A DNA stretch of 64,000 nucleotides, taken from positions 14,194 through 78,193 of the forward strand of contig PS015442.1 in assembly GCA_048213135.1 (NCBI GenBank), written 5' to 3'. Positions 62,297-64,000 of this stretch are shown here, piece by piece (within the stretch, counting starts at the first letter, position 1; each line of letters opens with the position of its first letter). The notes under the pieces are model-generated. The model did no database searches, was not told the origin of the DNA, and saw only the letters and a list, made by a program, of their open reading frames with translations. Source of the DNA: Reclinomonas americana ATCC 50394 (lineage: Eukaryota). Position numbers and translations under genes: made by a program.

Positions 62297-63872
62297 TCAG
62301 TGGATGATCATGCCGGCCTCCTTGTCCTTGCGGAATAAGCTGGCGATCCTCTTGAACAGGTTGACCTGCTTGTTTTTCCGTGGAGCTGTACATGTGCATG
62401 CATGCGGAGTCAGGAAATGAATCGCCTGGGTGTATGCAAGAGGGTGCGTACCATCGTCGGCGCCCGGAAGCGACAGCTCGGTCACCGACAGCGAGATGAA
62501 GAAGCCAAACGGAACCTGCAATGCACAGTCGAGTTTAGGAAGAGGGAGAGGAGATGACGGCAAAGGAGGAGAAGAGCGACGAGGGAGGAGGAGGAGGAGG
62601 AGGAATAGAAGAAGAAGAAGAAGAAGAAGAAGAAAAGACAACAGCAACAGCAACATCGACTACGACGACGACGACAACAACAACAACACCGACGACGACG
62701 ACGACAACAACGACAACACCAACGACGACGACAACTACAACAACAACAGCAACAACAACAACAACAACAACAACAACACCAAGAACTAGAAGACGAAGAG
62801 GAATAAGGGCACAGAGAAGAAAAACCACCACCACCCCCACAACGACGATAACAAAATGAGAAGACGAAGAAAGCGAAGAGGGAGACAGACAGTTGACCGT
62901 CAGCTCTGCAGTCGTTACTACGCACCATCCACACGGCGTAAAAGTAGAAGCACAGAATGTCGGACATGGTGTACTCCAGACCCTCGGGCGACACGAAAAA
63001 GTTGTACCACAACAGGTGGCTGACCACAAAGCACACTGTCGCCGTCGCCAATCGCTCTCAGTGTCAGCCCGTCAACGCAATACTCACACACAGACAAACG
63101 CACCACACGAGCCAATGAACGTGACACCGCTGAGCACGAGCAAAACACAGTCATCAGCGACAATGTGAGGCAGGCACACAAGCAGGCAACACACAATCGC
63201 ACCGGTAATCAAAGAACGGATACCGCCGCAGCAGGCTGTTGTAGCACAAGTGCGCACCGATGCCTGACACGCAGAATGAGTCACAACGCTACGGCATGCA
63301 GTCGGGCAAAGGGGTCTCTCACCGAATGCACAGGCGATCAGTGGCATGCCATCAAACAACCAGTGCAACGCATGCAGCCCGACGACCACCTGTGCGTGCG
63401 AGAGAGTGAGTGTGTGCAAGAGTGTGTGTGAGAGAGGCAGCACGCACCCAGATAGAGTACTTAAGCGTGTTGCGGAAAATGTATGTGTACTCCTCTGCCA
63501 ACTCGGCCAGCTGTGAACGAAATTGAGGTGAGTGAGCGTGTGAGACTGAGTGCACAGAGAGGCATGCGTGTCAGAGCGCAACGTAATACAAGCCGCATGC
63601 TGAGCAGAGAAGAGAGAGAGAGAGAGCGCGCGTGTGAGTGCCATTGCCAACACACACACACACGCAAGCGACAATGAGCAACGCACCCAAGCACAACGCA
63701 AGGAACGCCACTGCCACGTACAGCGACAAGTACGACAGGATACTGTGAGCGATGTGTGTGTCAGTGAGTGAGCACACAGAGGGCAACAACGCATCTCTCT
63801 CTCTCAGTCACACACACGCACACGCGCGTACACACATGCAACCAGAAGACGCAACGTGAAGAAGTAGCCCAT
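62297..63872 (-). CDS. TEX261: TEX261/Svp26 (Erv26) family ER-Golgi cargo adaptor
   Basis: FLALCL|ACGLYY|LAELAEEYT, AHLCYNSLLRRYPF, VSHLLWYNFF and FYAVWM|VPFGFFISLS...LP. Confidence 0.88.
62560..62790. repeat. Intronic compound trinucleotide array (GGA)n(GAA)n(GAC/AAC)n
   Basis: Seen directly; lies between two TEX261 exons. Confidence 0.9.
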
Positions 63873-64000
63873 CGATGCTCTCACAGTCGCACAGTCGCAC
63901 GCGATCAGTTGATTGTGTGTCTGTCTGTCTGTGTGTGAGTGACTCTTTCTGATGTTGGCCAGTGTGTTTGCACTGTGCTCTGGCGGCTCTGGACGGTGCG

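Noticed and set aside
62430-63051. Poly-N/D/T/V/C ORFs in the ORF track
   Set aside because: These are translations of an intronic trinucleotide microsatellite.
1-64000. CRISPR arrays, rRNA, tRNA, transposase or reverse transcriptase genes
   Set aside because: None recognised; the repeats present are microsatellites or protein-domain repeats.

Overview
Eukaryotic DNA from a gene-dense, GC-rich, microsatellite-rich draft genome, probably a flagellated protist (it has BBS9; lineage not identifiable from this window). There are 8 N-gaps and about 20 genes split by short, mostly 60-90 nt GT-AG introns, so the ORF track shows only fragments and all gene models were spliced by eye. Recognisable genes: macrodomain protein, PP4R4-like, homeobox, PH-domain protein, GPI1/PIG-Q, HSP90, Mpv17/PMP22, BBS9, calmodulin-like, ankyrin protein, SUGP1-like, a 13-kb polycystin-1-like gene (NHL/CUB/REJ/GPS), SEC12/PREB and TEX261/Svp26. 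Top finding: an 8-exon gene (17510-19581, minus strand, 535 aa) encoding an apparently intact D-2-hydroxyacid dehydrogenase with a dynein heavy-chain stalk (CC1-MTBD-CC2) inserted in a loop of its substrate-binding domain. This is a candidate microtubule-binding metabolic enzyme. Second finding: a recurrent GTTGCG splice-donor class that mostly follows non-G exon ends. Family calls rest on recalled motifs; no database search was run.
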